From: Candidatus Spongiisociaceae bacterium
GTDB taxonomy: Bacteria; Actinomycetota; Acidimicrobiia; Spongiisociales; Spongiisociaceae
Reading direction: 5' to 3'
Length of the DNA stretch: 64,000 nt
NCBI GenBank assembly: GCA_965262915.1
Contig: OZ253564.1
Location: 2,272,001-2,336,000, forward strand
Below, one piece after another: positions 62,033-64,000 of this stretch; positions within the stretch are counted from its first letter, which is position 1, and each line of letters starts with the position of its first letter. The position numbers were made by a program, and so were the translations under genes. The notes beneath the pieces were generated by a model, which was not told the origin of the DNA, made no database searches, and saw only the letters and a list, made by a program, of their open reading frames with translations.

Positions 62033-64000
62033 CTACGGGTTGACGTTGACGTAGTTGGACCGCGCGCCCGCGCCCGCCCCGTTGATGGCCTTCACCCGGT
62101 ACACGTGCTGCGTTCCCGCCGTCACGTCGGTGTCGGTGAAGGTGGTCGCCGTGCTGCCCGTGTTTCCCACGTACACCAGCAGCGTCTTCTCCCCCTCGTA
62201 GGGACGCCGCCGCAGGATCAGGTAGCCGCTGACCGAATCGTCGTCCGGCGCCTGCCAGGTCAGGGTCACCGAGCCGTCGTCGTTCACCGTGGCCGTCAGG
62301 TTCCGGGGCGCGGGCGGTGGCTCCGCCGGGTCGGACTCCGCCACCGCCTCCGCCACCGCCGCCGTGGCCGCGCTGGTCAGGGTCTCCGCGTTCCCCGCGT
62401 CGTCGGTGAAGGAGACCCTCACCCGGACGGCCTTGCCCGCAACGGAATCTCTCAGGGTGTATCTGGAGCCCGTTGCCCCCTGGATGGCCGCCCCACCGGC
62501 CAGCCACTGGTAGCTGAACGACACGTTGCTCAGGCCGTCGGCGTCGGCGATGCCCGACGTGTCCGCCGTCAGCCTCTCGCCCACCTGGGCCGTGCCCCTG
62601 ATGCTGGGCGCTCCCGCGGCCGGACTGTTCTCCGGCTGCGGTTCATCCTGCTGCTCCTCTTCCTCCGCTACCGGACCGGCGACGGTCAACTCCGTCCGGT
62701 TGGACAGCATCCCCCCGTCCTCGGCGCAGACCGCCCCCTGGTTGTCGCAGTCGTTCGTGACGGGCAGCGCGACCGTGACTTCGTTGTCGCCGTTGGGCTC
62801 AACCGTAATCTCCCAGCGGACGTTGCTGCCCTTATCCAGCCGCCGCGCCTGCGTCACCCGGCCGCCCGTGACCTCGAAGATATGGTCCCGCAGCTTCTCG
62901 TAGCCGATGGGGAACTCCTCGCTGAAGCGCAACTCGAAGGTGAAGGCGCTCTCCCCGTCGTGGGATGATGGCACCTCTAGGAACTCCGCCGTCAGCAGTT
63001 CCGGGGCCGCTTCAACCGCTGCCGTGGCCGCGCTGGTCAGCGTCTCCGCGTTCCCCGCGTTGTCGGTGAAGCTCACCCGGACCTGGATGCTCAGCCCCTG
63101 GTCGGCTTCGGTGAGGGTGTAGCTGGAACCCGTGGCGCCGTCGATGTCCAACCCGCCGGCAATCCACTGGTAAGTGAAGGTGGCGTCGTCCAGGCCGTCG
63201 GCGTCGGCTATCCCGGATGGGTCCGCCAACAAGGTTTCGCCTACCTGGGCCGTGCCCGTGATGGCCGGCGCGCCGCCGGCCGGACTGTTCTCCGCCTCCA
63301 GAGCCTGTTGCTGTTCGTCGTTCTCCTCTTCCACAACCTGCACATCCTGAGGGCCGGGGACGGTCAGCTTCGCCAGGTGAGAAAAGGGCCTGCCGTCCTC
63401 CGTGCAGTAGATGGTGCCGTAGCTGCAGACGCCGCTGGTGTTAAGGCCGACGGTTACTGCGCCGTCGGAGTTCGGCAACACCGTGATCTCCCACAGGTCG
63501 TTGCGCCCGTCCACCCGCTTGGCATACTTGCTCGGCCAGGCGCCGTTGACCCACATACCTGGGCGCAGGTCCGCGTAGCCTGTGGGGATGCCCCCGTTCC
63601 AGACGAAGTGGAACCTGTGCGGGGCGATGTCATCGCTGAAGACGATGCGGAAGGTGAAGGGGGCCGTTCCGTCGTGGTACGGCGGGGCCCCCTCGAAGTA
63701 GGCGCCTAGGCCAAAGATCGAGCCCGCCTGCGAATCTTGCTGCCCGGAGACGGGTAGTGGGTCGACTGCCGTAATGCTGTATGTCCGAACTGGCCCTTCT
63801 TCGACGTTGTCTGGAGAGTTGTAGTCGTATATCGGGAGCATGGCCGTGCCCGAGTGGCAAGCGATCATCCAGACCTTTGAGCCCATGCCAACGGTCATTG
63901 TCTCGAATGAGGCCCTCTCCTCGGAACGGCAGAATGTTTCTGGATCGGGCGGGTAACGCGGCGGGAAACCTTGCTCGATCATTTCTGCTGAGACGGAACT
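62033..64000 (-). CDS. modular Ig-like/FN3 surface protein, 5' end outside the window
   Basis: Two HDG-type domains, two GAP.I.GTAQVG domains and a terminal FN3; frame open to the window edge. Confidence 0.8.
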   Translation of the reverse strand, partial: SSVSAEMIEQGFPPRYPPDPETFCRSEERASFETMTVGMGSKVWMIACHSGTAMLPIYDYNSPDNVEEGPVRTYSITAVDPLPVSGQQDSQAGSIFGLGAYFEGAPPYHDGTAPFTFRIVFSDDIAPHRFHFVWNGGIPTGYADLRPGMWVNGAWPSKYAKRVDGRNDLWEITVLPNSDGAVTVGLNTSGVCSYGTIYCTEDGRPFSHLAKLTVPGPQDVQVVEEENDEQQQALEAENSPAGGAPAITGTAQVGETLLADPSGIADADGLDDATFTYQWIAGGLDIDGATGSSYTLTEADQGLSIQVRVSFTDNAGNAETLTSAATAAVEAAPELLTAEFLEVPSSHDGESAFTFELRFSEEFPIGYEKLRDHIFEVTGGRVTQARRLDKGSNVRWEITVEPNGDNEVTVALPVTNDCDNQGAVCAEDGGMLSNRTELTVAGPVAEEEEQQDEPQPENSPAAGAPSIRGTAQVGERLTADTSGIADADGLSNVSFSYQWLAGGAAIQGATGSRYTLRDSVAGKAVRVRVSFTDDAGNAETLTSAATAAVAEAVAESDPAEPPPAPRNLTATVNDDGSVTLTWQAPDDDSVSGYLILRRRPYEGEKTLLVYVGNTGSTATTFTDTDVTAGTQHVYRVKAINGAGAGARSNYVNVNP

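Overview
High-GC bacterial window. Gene content and the FN3/cadherin/Calx-beta/SLH surface proteins suggest an actinobacterium, probably Acidimicrobiia and possibly a marine-host symbiont (inference). Positions 1-17 kb are mostly housekeeping or metabolic genes (Usp, ABC binding protein, phosphotriesterase, Maf, LigB, frameshifted MFS, class I aldolase, gcvT-H-PA-PB, VapBC, MarR/redoxin, cyclophilin). Positions 17-46 kb form a decayed plasticity zone centred on a 28-bp dif-like XerCD site (36072-36099). The most notable structure is a set of Tn7-like transposon ends (TGT..ACA termini, 3-4 repeated ~19-bp sites each). They are stacked head-to-tail with a 5-bp duplication (ACAGC/ACAAC) 37 bp from the dif-like site and enclose defence-type cargo (AbiJ-like gene, AAA+DUF4143 ATPase, NACHT-nuclease, type IV TA). 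No transposase is present in the window. Other highlights: a thioredoxin-fold gene with an in-frame UGA in a UxxC motif (candidate selenoprotein, missed by the ORF track), three modular surface proteins that share an unnamed domain (one with an in-frame amber stop before its SLH anchor), a tandem ATPase pair, about eight TA modules or relics, a group II intron 3' relic in an IS3 remnant, MITEs and many orphan IS ends. All calls come from reading the sequence by eye; no searches were run.
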